Virus record (IMG/VR): IMGVR_UViG_3300024261_000005
Reading direction: 5' to 3' (one strand)
DNA length: 64,000 nucleotides
Source of the DNA: a virus
In this document: positions 1 to 10,161 of the stretch, piece after piece
Layout: the number at the start of each line of letters is the position of its first letter
Numbering within the stretch: the first letter of the stretch is position 1
Translations under genes and position numbers: made by a program
The notes under the pieces: model-generated
Seen by the model: only the letters and a program-made list of their open reading frames with translations
What the model was told of the DNA's origin: nothing
The model's database searches: none

Positions 1-686
1 TCGCCACGAGTTAAATGATGATAAACATAGACATCGCCTTCTCCAAAAGCCATTACATGAATTCCATTTTTCCCATACGCTTCTTTCCAAGCCGATATCA
101 ATTCTAAGCTTGGAGGGTTGTCTTCGCCCTCAAGCAGTTCTAAAATTTGATCTTTTAAATCTGTTTGAACAGTAGGTTCTTCTACTGGTTGTGGCTCCAC
201 CACAGGCTCTGCAACTTTTGGCTTAATGTTTTCTTCAAGAGCTTTTAATTCATCATCAAGATTCATAGAAATCTTCTCCTCAATATTTATATTTTCTTCA
301 ATTAAAGTTTTAATAATAGTTTGACTGGGTATTTCCTCCTCCACTTTTGGTGGTGGCGGAGGAGGCGGTTCTACTGGTTTCTTCCGACTTAAGCGCGCTT
401 TACGCTTTTTTATTGCGGCATCCTTTTTCTTTTTCAATCGATCTTTCCTAGCAGTTTCAGCTGAAAGCACCTCGTCTTTAGCAGAGGCTGCTTTTTCAAT
501 TTCCAATCGCTGATCTTTTTCTTTCTGCGTCTCCTCAGGTATTGGAATAAATGCCGTAGGAGGCAGACTTTTTATAATCTGCTCGGCAGTAGGAGAACTT
601 CTTTGTAAGGCGTTAAGAGCTTTTTCATTTAAAGGCTCTCCAAACATTACTAAATCTGAATCTAACTTCTTGCCTTTAAGCGCCAT
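1..686 (-). CDS. Partial CDS running off the left edge; C-terminal part resembles a tail assembly chaperone
   Basis: Hand translation from ATG 686 (MALKGKKLDS...) stays open to position 1. In-frame internal ATG at 266 has a GAGGAG SD. Lies directly downstream of the tube genes. Confidence 0.6.
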   Translation of the reverse strand, partial: MALKGKKLDSDLVMFGEPLNEKALNALQRSSPTAEQIIKSLPPTAFIPIPEETQKEKDQRLEIEKAASAKDEVLSAETARKDRLKKKKDAAIKKRKARLSRKKPVEPPPPPPPKVEEEIPSQTIIKTLIEENINIEEKISMNLDDELKALEENIKPKVAEPVVEPQPVEEPTVQTDLKDQILELLEGEDNPPSLELISAWKEAYGKNGIHVMAFGEGDVYVYHHLTRG

Positions 687-692
687 GTAACC

Positions 693-1163
693 TCATTTGT
701 TTTTGTATTCTAATGATCTACCTAAAAAACCATATTCTTCTAATATAACTTGTTCGGATATTTGTACAGTTTGCCCGCGTGAAATCAAATAACAAGTTTT
801 AATTATTATGTCGCTTTGATCTCCAAAGCTAACCTTAATATCAAATGCACTTGTTAAGAAACCATTATAAGACATCACGGGGCTTCCCATCGTATTAGCT
901 GGTTCTTTTAGTATGTCTGTTAAGATATAATCTGGTTTGACATAATTTACAACAAAATTTCCTTGAACAATTTCCCTTCCAGGGAGCATGGCATCGAATT
1001 GCGTAGATGCATACCCGTATATTGGTTGCTGAGAGTTCTGAATACTATAGCTTATTCCTGCACACTCTAGAACGTCCTGATATTTATGATCACCTGAATC
1101 TGCATTACTAAAAGCTATGTTTACATTAGCACCTGAAAAATATTCGTAATTATAAAAACTCAT
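693..1163 (-). CDS. Tail tube-like protein (paralogue 4)
   Basis: YFSGANV...ISYSIQNSQQPIYGY...GREIVQGNFVVN pattern shared with the neighbouring tube paralogues. Confidence 0.65.
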   Translation of the reverse strand: MSFYNYEYFSGANVNIAFSNADSGDHKYQDVLECAGISYSIQNSQQPIYGYASTQFDAMLPGREIVQGNFVVNYVKPDYILTDILKEPANTMGSPVMSYNGFLTSAFDIKVSFGDQSDIIIKTCYLISRGQTVQISEQVILEEYGFLGRSLEYKNK

Positions 1164-1165
1164 GG

Positions 1166-2107
1166 TTAAGCTCCGTATTCATCAAGCAACACCTCTACAC
1201 TTCCAAATTGATTCGGAGTCCTAGCAGGCTGATTGTTTTTATGCCTATTAATTAAGCTTCTATAGTACGGCTCATAAAGTTGGCTGCCCTTGTTATTTTC
1301 ATACGCTTTAATTATCTCATTACTACTGCTTTTATTTAAATCTGTAAAAGGGCGTATATCCTGAGCTACAAATTGGCAGACTACTTCAGTTACCATATCA
1401 TTAACAGAAGTCACAATACCTTCGTTTACGAATTCAACACCCTCTAGCATCATTGATGCTCCTGGGTCTGCTTGACCATTCCTAGCTACTTCAGTTTGAT
1501 ACCTTAGCATTATATTCATTGGAGATATTAATGTTGATATTTTATTATCAAATTTAATCTTGTTCTTACCATGTCCAGAACCAACACCTTTTGTTGTTAA
1601 GTCTCTGGACCAACCAACAAGATTACTATAAATGTTAGCAGGATCTTTTGCGGCCAACATCCTTAATGGATGATCTTCTATTACTAAAAACACTATAGTT
1701 CCAGCAATAGTTCTAATACCACGAGTGTATCCAGAGACACCTCTTTCGCCAATTCTCCTTACGGGAGACTTGGCTTCATGTATCGAAATGGATATCGTAG
1801 CCATTTGAGTCATTTTGACGGGAGAGAAAAAGTTTGCATTAGTTTCAAATGAAGTTTTTAAGCTATCTCGAGTTTTTATTTGTTGCGTTGAGTTTATAGG
1901 AAGTGGGAAAAGCGGCGGACCAACTTCAGGTATACTTATTGGTGATCTTGGCTGAGCCAAATTCCCCTCAAATGAAATCTGAGATTTTCTCTGTGCCTCT
2001 AATGTATCTGTTATATGATCCCGTAACCCTTCACTTCCAGGAAAGAAAGCATAAGCATCACAGTCTGATCCAGAATAGCTATATGTGTAGTCAGCGTTTG
2101 AACTCAT
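1166..2107 (-). CDS. Tail tube-like protein (paralogue 3)
   Basis: YSYSGSD...TISISIHEAKSPVRRIG...YTRGIRTIAGTIVF...EGIVTSVNDMVTE aligns by eye with the 300-aa tube protein. Confidence 0.65.
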   Translation of the reverse strand: MSSNADYTYSYSGSDCDAYAFFPGSEGLRDHITDTLEAQRKSQISFEGNLAQPRSPISIPEVGPPLFPLPINSTQQIKTRDSLKTSFETNANFFSPVKMTQMATISISIHEAKSPVRRIGERGVSGYTRGIRTIAGTIVFLVIEDHPLRMLAAKDPANIYSNLVGWSRDLTTKGVGSGHGKNKIKFDNKISTLISPMNIMLRYQTEVARNGQADPGASMMLEGVEFVNEGIVTSVNDMVTEVVCQFVAQDIRPFTDLNKSSSNEIIKAYENNKGSQLYEPYYRSLINRHKNNQPARTPNQFGSVEVLLDEYGA

Positions 2108-2116
2108 TTGATACTC

Positions 2117-3889
2117 CTACTCTTCATCTGGTACCGCTTCATCACCATCATGGCCTCCCGTCAAGTCATCGCTTGTTGGGTCGTTTTGAACTAAAGGGTC
2201 TGGATCTATATCGTCGGGGATGCCATCATTATCATCGTCGGAGTCTACATTGTCTGGGAAATTGTCGCCATCAGAATCAACAGGTTCTTCGATGCCATCA
2301 TGGCCACCCGTCAAGTCATCGTCATCAACCTCTCTTGGAACATCAGGCTGAGGGTCCATTTCATCAATAATGCTATCATTGTCTCGATCAAATGGAAAGT
2401 CATCATCTTCATCTGGGATTCCATCACCATCAGTATCGACAGGTTCTTCAATGCCATCATGGCCACCCGTATCGTCTCTTGCTGGATCATCCTGAATGTT
2501 CGGGTTCGGGTCATCTCCATCTAAAAGACCATCGTTATCGTCATCAGGATCTTGGTTGTCTCCAACCCCGTCGCCATCAGTATCTTGAGATTCATTAGGA
2601 TTCCCTGGAAGAGCGTCATCTTGATTTAAAATTCCATCTCCGTCATCGTCCTCATCGTCTTCGAAGACATGGTCATCATCAAAAAGTTCATTTACTTGAT
2701 CCTCACTTAGTTCGTCCCCAATGTTTAGGTAACCTGGCTCTGAAGTTAAAATACTGCCAGGGTAACGAGACTCAGGAACTTGCTTGATACTTGAACCACC
2801 AGGGCCAGACCCTTCAGATCCATGCAGATCGAAGCTCCTCCAAGGTAAAATCGTCTTTGCTACGAAATTCAATGAATAAGGCAGAGTCATCGCATCTATA
2901 CTTAACTCTGTATTAACTGATAATATCTCACATCCATAGATACGCATCTGAGCCGACTGGCCGTACTCATTAACAGCCACGATAACAATATCAAAAGGCA
3001 ATATTTGGTCTAGGTACTCTGGCTTAGCCACAACATAATTATTACCTAAGTTAGATAAGTCATACTTTTCATCTTGCAGGAATGCATAATTAGTCAAAGA
3101 CTTACTGTTTACCGTTTTGCTTATCGTTCTTACAGTGGGTTTAAGTGTTGCGTTATACGCGTCTACTTTTTTATTCCACTCAACTATGTATTTCAGATGA
3201 TCCTCATAGGCGTCCTCATAATGAAGAAAACTGTTTACAAAGTCTTCAGCCATCATGATGAAACCACCACTATAAATTAAACTTTCCGCTACTGCCCCTA
3301 TGCAATCAGTTATCGCTATTTTAACCAAATTGACAAAAGCAGGTACAGCTGCAAGCCCTCCTGAAAGTATTGAAACTGCTACCGTTTCCATGACTCCAAC
3401 AATAGCTCCTTTCACACATTCCTCTGCAGCGACACCAAAACTGCCACCGGGAAGTACCTTAAAGGAAATGAACACGTCGTATATATATTCCCACTTGCCT
3501 CTAGTTTCTGGAGCGTGTCTTCTTCTTAATACAGGCTGGGTTGTCTGTTGATGCTGAACGGTTTTCTTTTCGTCGAGCTCTCTTAGAAAGAGCTCGTCTT
3601 TATCCAAAAGCGCTTTTTCCCCATCAAAAGATTTCATATAGAGAGGGTCTACATCTAATAATAGTCCCCTTATTATCCCATTGATGCCACGCTTACCTCT
3701 AGCAAAGGAAACGGGATCTACTGATCCCATAATATAATTCGGCGCTTTTTCACGCTGAATCATATAGCTCACATACTGCATGCTACCCACTTGAGCACCA
3801 TTAATGATAACTCGAATATCAACACCAGAAAATGAACTATATGATTGCGACAAAGATGTCGACCCAGACATAGAACCTCCACGCAGCAA
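2117..3889 (-). CDS. Tail tube paralogue with hydrophobic insert and C-terminal acidic DxDxDG (thrombospondin type-3-like, Ca-binding) repeats
   Basis: N-terminal and middle blocks nearly identical to the 300-aa tube protein; C-terminal DTDGDG/DSDGD/DDDNDG repeats. Real start probably ATG 3871. Confidence 0.7.
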   Translation of the reverse strand: MLRGGSMSGSTSLSQSYSSFSGVDIRVIINGAQVGSMQYVSYMIQREKAPNYIMGSVDPVSFARGKRGINGIIRGLLLDVDPLYMKSFDGEKALLDKDELFLRELDEKKTVQHQQTTQPVLRRRHAPETRGKWEYIYDVFISFKVLPGGSFGVAAEECVKGAIVGVMETVAVSILSGGLAAVPAFVNLVKIAITDCIGAVAESLIYSGGFIMMAEDFVNSFLHYEDAYEDHLKYIVEWNKKVDAYNATLKPTVRTISKTVNSKSLTNYAFLQDEKYDLSNLGNNYVVAKPEYLDQILPFDIVIVAVNEYGQSAQMRIYGCEILSVNTELSIDAMTLPYSLNFVAKTILPWRSFDLHGSEGSGPGGSSIKQVPESRYPGSILTSEPGYLNIGDELSEDQVNELFDDDHVFEDDEDDDGDGILNQDDALPGNPNESQDTDGDGVGDNQDPDDDNDGLLDGDDPNPNIQDDPARDDTGGHDGIEEPVDTDGDGIPDEDDDFPFDRDNDSIIDEMDPQPDVPREVDDDDLTGGHDGIEEPVDSDGDNFPDNVDSDDDNDGIPDDIDPDPLVQNDPTSDDLTGGHDGDEAVPDEE

Positions 3890-3946
3890 GAGAAAATATT
3901 TTATATATTATCTATAGCACTTATTGCGAGGAGTTATCTATATCAA

Positions 3947-4849
3947 TTATGAATTATGACTGTATTCGAAGTTAGAGGTTGGAGAGTCATCCCCACCTCT
4001 AACTTTTGGATTCTTCTGATTGGCATAAAGCTCATCTCTAGCTGACGTACCCTTCTCCGAGCCATTCAGTGCAAAGCTTCTCCAAGGTAAAATCGTTCGG
4101 CAAACATAAGTCATCTGGTTCTCAATAACGATATCATCAATAGAAAAACCAGAACCCTCATTGAGTATTTCACAACCGTAAAGTCGCATCTGAGCCGATT
4201 GACCATACTCATTTGCAGCAACAATAGTTACGTCAAATGGTAGTATTTGATCTACATAAAACACTTTTGCAACGCTATAATTACTACCAAGGTTAGTTAG
4301 GTCATATTTTTCTTGCGGATCAAATCTTTGAGTTGGGCCTCCAGAGAACGATACACCTGTTCCGGTTGCTCCTGATCGGTTCTTCAAGGCTCTTCCTGCT
4401 GCAGTTCCACCAATGGTTTTCAAGCCTACAGTGCCTGTTTCATTATGTGCCTCATTCAGTGCACTAGTATTAGAACCTGGGAAAACATTTCCACGCCCCG
4501 CTTTACGGGAAAGAGCATTTACAGTTGTATTTGCAGCATTTAGATCTCCACTACCATAACTTGGGAAGATCTCATCCGTGTCGCCAAGATAACGCTCTCC
4601 AGCAAATGATGGTGTATAAAGCATATGTACATCCATCATAAGTGAAATCATCGTACCAGCAATACCACGCTTACCACGAGAATAAGATACGGGATCAACA
4701 GATCCCATAACATAGATAGGTGCCTTCTCACGCTGGATAGCATAAGACAATGCTTGCATGCTCCCAGCCTGCTGGCCATTAATTATTACTCGAATATCTA
4801 CACCTGAATAAGATGTATAGGTTCTACTTAAATCTAATGAAGTTGCCAT
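3947..4849 (-). CDS. Major tail tube protein
   Basis: Immediately downstream of the sheath gene; SGVDIR...QREKAPIYVMGSVDP.S.SRGKRGIAG and GCEILNEGSGFSIDD motifs. Confidence 0.75.
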   Translation of the reverse strand: MATSLDLSRTYTSYSGVDIRVIINGQQAGSMQALSYAIQREKAPIYVMGSVDPVSYSRGKRGIAGTMISLMMDVHMLYTPSFAGERYLGDTDEIFPSYGSGDLNAANTTVNALSRKAGRGNVFPGSNTSALNEAHNETGTVGLKTIGGTAAGRALKNRSGATGTGVSFSGGPTQRFDPQEKYDLTNLGSNYSVAKVFYVDQILPFDVTIVAANEYGQSAQMRLYGCEILNEGSGFSIDDIVIENQMTYVCRTILPWRSFALNGSEKGTSARDELYANQKNPKVRGGDDSPTSNFEYSHNS

Positions 4850-4874
4850 AATATATCTCCTTTATTGTTTTGAA

Positions 4875-7802
4875 TTAAATGCCACTTGCAGGTGGCTCAA
4901 GAGTAAGGTCGATTTCAACAGCTTCAATAGACAATGGTGGAATAAATCTTACAGACATTCTAATGATACCATTAATGCGATCCAAACGAGACCCTCTAAG
5001 CTGAACAGCAAGCTGCTGAGCGTAGCCACGTTGAACCAGACCCTTAGAGACGCCATCAAGTCTTTGCGCAAGGCTTCCAATCTCAGCATCAGTGTAGGCA
5101 CTGCCAATAACGCTTAAGCATTCTTGTCGAAGTCGACTAAGTATACCATTAGCAGCGAGTATCGATGATATTTTAGTATAATCAGAAGTTCTAAGTGCTG
5201 CTGTGTATATAGAAGAGATGACGCCAGTTTGGTCAATCATACAAATGCGCAAAGCTGCAAGGTTGTTCAGTATCGCTCTTGGAGTTCGCTGCTGTGCATT
5301 GAAGCCCTGCAGTCTTCCACGAATTGGTCCAATTGGCTCAGTTCCAGGCTCTTGAATTGCAAGTATACCAGCAATCATTGGAGCAGCGCTGCCAAGATAT
5401 GCATTTTGATTTTGCATTCGAATCTTCTTGTTATTCGCAGGGAACGAAAACTTCGGATCGTTAAGCAATCCATAAGCCCCAACAACAACCGCATGCTTGC
5501 CTAAGTCAATGGGGTTACCCATCGCATCAAGCGCCTCGTCTGTGTCGTCGATACCGTAAGGCGTTTCATTTGGCAGTAAAGCTCCATTAGTTAAGATAAC
5601 TCCACCAAACGCAGCCCCACCACGATAAGTGGTTGAGCCAGCAAGCAACTTAGTACCTAGGACACCTGTGCCGTTTGCAGTTACAATTACATCTCCATTA
5701 GTTTGGATCTGATACTCTGCAGGGTTTCCCGCCCAAGCAGAGACTCCATTTCGACTCCTCGAAGGAGCAGTCGTCGGTACAATCGCAACAGTCTGAGAGT
5801 AGTTGGTTGAAGCGAGATACGCTGCACTAGCAGCTTGATGCAAGAAGGAGATCTCTCTCACCTCTACATTAGCAGCAATCAGAGAGATGCCACTAACCGT
5901 TTCTACAGTTCCATCAGCAGCATAGACTGGATCTGTAAAAGTAAACAGTCTACTCATCGCTGCTTCAGGAATTAGATTTCCTGTAAGCTCAAAATGATTC
6001 ATAAAGAAGGGGTCTAGAGGAAATTCTCTAGAACTACTCAGTTCTGAATTTAACAAGAAAGTGCTAAGTTGGGCACTTCCATTAGTCAACGATGGACGCA
6101 ATCGCAATACATACTCATCATCACCAGAATCAAACTTTTGTGTACCAAATGTTAATTTAGCAAATGGTGTCTGTACTTCAATTACTGCTTGGTGACTAGC
6201 AGCTTTATAAGCATCATACTCTGCAGAGCTTTGACCTTCAGCATTTACTTCAATCCATGCAGCACCAATATAAGCAATATGGTCTTGTTCATTTAAAAAA
6301 GTGCGGTCATCAAAACCGTCACCTGCACCTGCGTTTTCATTATTGTCACTAAATACGCCAAAAGCGTCAGCTTTTAAAGTATCGTATTGAGCTTGGGTAA
6401 ATCCAATAGCATCTACGCCACTTCCTGCAAAAGCGCCTAGTGCTTCGAATTCAGCTTCATTGCGGCCTTTTGCATCAACTTCAGCAGGCATGTCAGCATC
6501 AAAATCAACATGACACTCGACCAGGCCTTTGCTAGTGAAGAATGACTCCACTTCAGTAGGGGTACCTGGAGCTCCAGGATGTAAATGGAATTCAACCAAA
6601 TTTAATGCGTCACCAAGAAGCTCTTGAGTTGCGTCTAGCTCATATTGAATACCATCATAGGTGTAATCGTTGCGCACATTGCTGTTATCAAAGGGGTTTT
6701 TACGAGCGGACATGAAGATGTTTGGACGACCATTAAAGACGTATTTCCACATATATCCAAGATTATGTTTCTGCCAAGATAGCTGCTTTTTAAAATCCAT
6801 CCCGGCGTCGATTTCTACTGGTTGAGCATCCGCATAGCACCTGTCACAGTGCAAGAATGAGATATTTTCAAATTCTAACTCTTCGTACGCCACTTCATTG
6901 GCTGCATATCTCTCACAACTAGAAATGAAATCGCCAGCGCTACCTGTAGTAGAATGGAAAGAGATCTCGCTTCCAACGTTTGCCACATTATATTCTGATA
7001 ATGTTTGATCAGTTAAATCAAATTCATCGACAATTTTGATTTCTGTTTTCCAGCCGTCAGCAATAATAGCTCCACCTGTTGCACTGTCGCCACTTAACCG
7101 GAGGGAAGTGGCTGTTCTATACGCGCTTCTAATGTCTGCAAGATCGTAGATGTTTTCTAAAGTTACAGTGCTCAAAGCTGACGAATCAAAGCTGTTAGGA
7201 GTCCACAAGAACATTCCTGCAGGAATGTTAATATCGACATCAAAAAGTGACTCTGCAATCTGATCAGCAATGATCCCTTCACTGTCATATACGGGACGAG
7301 CAGTTTCGTTATTGTAAATTACAACTCTTTGTCGAATCAAAGATCCCTCACGGAATGGTTGAAGCAGAACTGAAAGTTGATTAACTGTACTCTGAAGCTC
7401 AGCGGCACTGTCCTCCTCCCTCGTTGCATAAGGAGTTATGGTGAGCCAAGCCTCCTTTTCATGCAGTCCGTTGGTTGCCTTCTCTATAGCGAAATGAAAA
7501 GGCTTTGCACCAATACGCATAATACTTACAGGGACTGTTTCGTTTGCAACTTGTTGCGCTGCTGCGATCATTCTGGTTACGTCTGAATCAGAACCAAACT
7601 CTTGAGCAAACCTTTGGACTGAAGCAAGGCTAGCGCTTGTTCGAAATGGCTGGTTCTCTAGGCCTTGTTTGCCAGTGGCCGTCATTAACAGCCCAGGACC
7701 AGCAGGAGCAGCAACACTTTCGTTACGTCTCATGTTGTTATCATTGTAGGTGGCTGTAATCTCACCTGCAATGTTTGTATACTTTAAATTCTGGTACGAC
7801 AT
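4875..7802 (-). CDS. Contractile tail sheath protein
   Basis: 975 aa, upstream of the tube genes; sheath-like C-terminus (RINGIIRMSVRFIPPLSIEAVEIDL). Confidence 0.75.
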   Translation of the reverse strand: MSYQNLKYTNIAGEITATYNDNNMRRNESVAAPAGPGLLMTATGKQGLENQPFRTSASLASVQRFAQEFGSDSDVTRMIAAAQQVANETVPVSIMRIGAKPFHFAIEKATNGLHEKEAWLTITPYATREEDSAAELQSTVNQLSVLLQPFREGSLIRQRVVIYNNETARPVYDSEGIIADQIAESLFDVDINIPAGMFLWTPNSFDSSALSTVTLENIYDLADIRSAYRTATSLRLSGDSATGGAIIADGWKTEIKIVDEFDLTDQTLSEYNVANVGSEISFHSTTGSAGDFISSCERYAANEVAYEELEFENISFLHCDRCYADAQPVEIDAGMDFKKQLSWQKHNLGYMWKYVFNGRPNIFMSARKNPFDNSNVRNDYTYDGIQYELDATQELLGDALNLVEFHLHPGAPGTPTEVESFFTSKGLVECHVDFDADMPAEVDAKGRNEAEFEALGAFAGSGVDAIGFTQAQYDTLKADAFGVFSDNNENAGAGDGFDDRTFLNEQDHIAYIGAAWIEVNAEGQSSAEYDAYKAASHQAVIEVQTPFAKLTFGTQKFDSGDDEYVLRLRPSLTNGSAQLSTFLLNSELSSSREFPLDPFFMNHFELTGNLIPEAAMSRLFTFTDPVYAADGTVETVSGISLIAANVEVREISFLHQAASAAYLASTNYSQTVAIVPTTAPSRSRNGVSAWAGNPAEYQIQTNGDVIVTANGTGVLGTKLLAGSTTYRGGAAFGGVILTNGALLPNETPYGIDDTDEALDAMGNPIDLGKHAVVVGAYGLLNDPKFSFPANNKKIRMQNQNAYLGSAAPMIAGILAIQEPGTEPIGPIRGRLQGFNAQQRTPRAILNNLAALRICMIDQTGVISSIYTAALRTSDYTKISSILAANGILSRLRQECLSVIGSAYTDAEIGSLAQRLDGVSKGLVQRGYAQQLAVQLRGSRLDRINGIIRMSVRFIPPLSIEAVEIDLTLEPPASGI

Positions 7803-7810
7803 AATAACTC

Positions 7811-8542
7811 CTATGGGTTATGTGTGTTTTTAGGTAGGATTTTTAAATCAATAAGTACTTGTCTGATGATTGAATAAGCTTTTGCATCAAATTCTCTGAA
7901 CCTTAAGAAGAACCTAATTGGCCTAGAGAAAACTCTCTGCCCATTAATGCTCATATAGTTGTCGGATAGTCTTTCTTTCCAGAAAAATCGTTCTGCACCT
8001 TTTAATTCAAAAACAAATGCTGAATTTATAAAAAGCTTTTCGAGCCAAATGGCTCTTTTGTTTGCTATCTTATTAGATGTTGCCCAGCAGTTAAATTCAA
8101 TTACATGATCTACAGGTCTAGATTCTACTGTAATTATCTTGTTTGGCATGTTCGGGCGAGCCTCTTGATGAGAGTATGTTGCTTTTCTGTGCGGCCTGTC
8201 AGTGCCTTTGGTATTCATCAGCCCAGGCTTCCTTTCAACTAGCTTGAAAGTTATTACTTCGTCACCGTAATTATCCATCGACTCTGGGGGGTACTCTTCC
8301 ACTAGTTTTACCAACCTGCTAGCTTTAACACCTTCTCTTTCTTGAGAGTCTGCTAATAGCTTTTGAGCGATATCAAAAAATATATCTAATGTTAATGGCG
8401 CTGTATTCACCATAAACACTCTATCCAAATTTATATTATAGGGATTTGTAATGACAAACTCTTCAGGCGCAAGCATCTCAGTAGAAATGCGGCCAGCACT
8501 ATCCACGACATTGATGAGTATTTGGTCATTATTTCGAGCCAT
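7811..8542 (-). CDS. Putative tail terminator/neck protein
   Basis: Position between head-completion genes and sheath; IEFNCWA motif. Confidence 0.5.
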   Translation of the reverse strand: MARNNDQILINVVDSAGRISTEMLAPEEFVITNPYNINLDRVFMVNTAPLTLDIFFDIAQKLLADSQEREGVKASRLVKLVEEYPPESMDNYGDEVITFKLVERKPGLMNTKGTDRPHRKATYSHQEARPNMPNKIITVESRPVDHVIEFNCWATSNKIANKRAIWLEKLFINSAFVFELKGAERFFWKERLSDNYMSINGQRVFSRPIRFFLRFREFDAKAYSIIRQVLIDLKILPKNTHNP

Positions 8543-9093
8543 TAGATATTCTCTCTTATGGAATTGTCTTCTCTGCAGTATACTGCGATGTATTCGACTC
8601 TTCCATTATCTGCACGGTATTTTTGAATAGTTTCTGGTTTGTAAATTGTTTCTCTTTTGTATGGTACTAACACGTTTCCTTCAATATCAAGAGACAACTC
8701 AATTATTTTATCTCTATAAGAGATTTTTTCGTCATATCTTAAATAAAAGATTTTGTAATCAGTTCGAATTTCTCCTGGATACACCCTTTTGATACGATTT
8801 CCCTTACCTCCATCAGCCCCAACCATCGCTGAATAACATCGACTAAACTCTTCATCCCAAATGTACTTTTCACCTAAACAATATTTACATCGACTTTCTG
8901 AGTCGGGCTCGTCACTTAATTTTGATACGCAGGCACATTTGATCAAAGCACCATCATCAGATTTTCTTGCTTTACGCAATAGCACCAAATGGTTATGAGG
9001 CTTGCATCCTCCAATACCAAAGACAATATCATCAAATTCTTTTCGTAAGTCTATCTCGCAGGAGCTAGTTTTATTAAAACTTCTAATAGACAT
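8542..9093 (-). CDS. Putative head-closure/neck protein with Cys motifs
   Basis: CAC...CKYCLG motif; position in neck module; overlapping stop/start with the next gene. Confidence 0.5.
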   Translation of the reverse strand: MSIRSFNKTSSCEIDLRKEFDDIVFGIGGCKPHNHLVLLRKARKSDDGALIKCACVSKLSDEPDSESRCKYCLGEKYIWDEEFSRCYSAMVGADGGKGNRIKRVYPGEIRTDYKIFYLRYDEKISYRDKIIELSLDIEGNVLVPYKRETIYKPETIQKYRADNGRVEYIAVYCREDNSIRENI

Positions 9094-9096
9094 AAT

Positions 9097-10152
9097 TTAC
9101 CCTTTCTTATGTCTGTAATCCAACCCCCTAAAGGGGGTGAATCCATGCTTGTACTTAGTACCTCCAGGAACTCTATACTTTGAATTCTGTGTAGGCTGAA
9201 CATAACCTTCGACCCAGGGGTCATGCCACTCCCTGGAGTTCTTATATCCTTTTCTTGACCTACCTTTTTCAGCGTGCTGTGGCCCGAGTCCTTGCCCGTT
9301 GACAATGCAGCCACCAGCATTTACTACACGCCACCATTCGTCCCGCTCTGCTTTCAACTCTTTAATAAGATCGGCTAAGTCAAAATCTAGCGAATCTTTA
9401 TTTTCAATTAATAAGTCACCTAATTGCTTCTTTTTACCATCGTTCCCATATGTACCGATTGGCATCGAAAGTAATCTTAATCCAGCATCGTACATTACGA
9501 ATCTAGTTCTAGCGAAATAATATCGTTCTGAAGTTGGCCTGACCCCAGTGATATTGTCTGCTTCCAACGAGGACCAATGTATTGATAGCGCAATCGTATC
9601 GTCAGTAACATTAGCGACCCAAGCACCCAGCTCCATTTTGAGCATCTCAACAGAAGCATAAAATGGGTTGTACTCAGTAGTAAAAAATAACTCTAAGGTT
9701 TTAGCTAAGGAATTTCCTTCGGTATCTTTCAACCCCTCTAAAGTTATGAATACCAAACTATTAAAATCCAACCCGCATTTTGGTTGGGCTATCAGGCCTC
9801 CGCTAGTTACTTCAAACCCACCCTCAAAGGTGACGTTTTCTCCAAGCAGAGAAACGGTCCAGGAATCTTTCCAAACCCCACTTACTGTGGGGGTGTAATC
9901 AAAGTACCAATAGCCAGTATCAATCTTGGTAACTTGCAATCCGGGATCAATAATATTTCCGCTAGGGTCTGTTAGCGTAACTGTAGCTCCAACAGGATCT
10001 ACAGGTGCCCCATTCAAATCAGTAAAAAGCATTTTTAATTTAACTGCTTCATTAATTTGGATCGTGCTTCTATTACACTTTATCAAGACTTTCTTAACTG
10101 GGACTTTAATTGGAGTGCCACAATCATCATTACTAGTATTTGAACAACTCAT
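9097..10152 (-). CDS. Putative head-tail adaptor with N-terminal Ig-like domain
   Basis: Beta-rich N-terminus (TGYWYFDYTP..GVWKDSW) plus helical C-terminus; synteny. Confidence 0.5.
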   Translation of the reverse strand: MSCSNTSNDDCGTPIKVPVKKVLIKCNRSTIQINEAVKLKMLFTDLNGAPVDPVGATVTLTDPSGNIIDPGLQVTKIDTGYWYFDYTPTVSGVWKDSWTVSLLGENVTFEGGFEVTSGGLIAQPKCGLDFNSLVFITLEGLKDTEGNSLAKTLELFFTTEYNPFYASVEMLKMELGAWVANVTDDTIALSIHWSSLEADNITGVRPTSERYYFARTRFVMYDAGLRLLSMPIGTYGNDGKKKQLGDLLIENKDSLDFDLADLIKELKAERDEWWRVVNAGGCIVNGQGLGPQHAEKGRSRKGYKNSREWHDPWVEGYVQPTQNSKYRVPGGTKYKHGFTPFRGLDYRHKKG

Positions 10153-10161
10153 GGGATTCTC

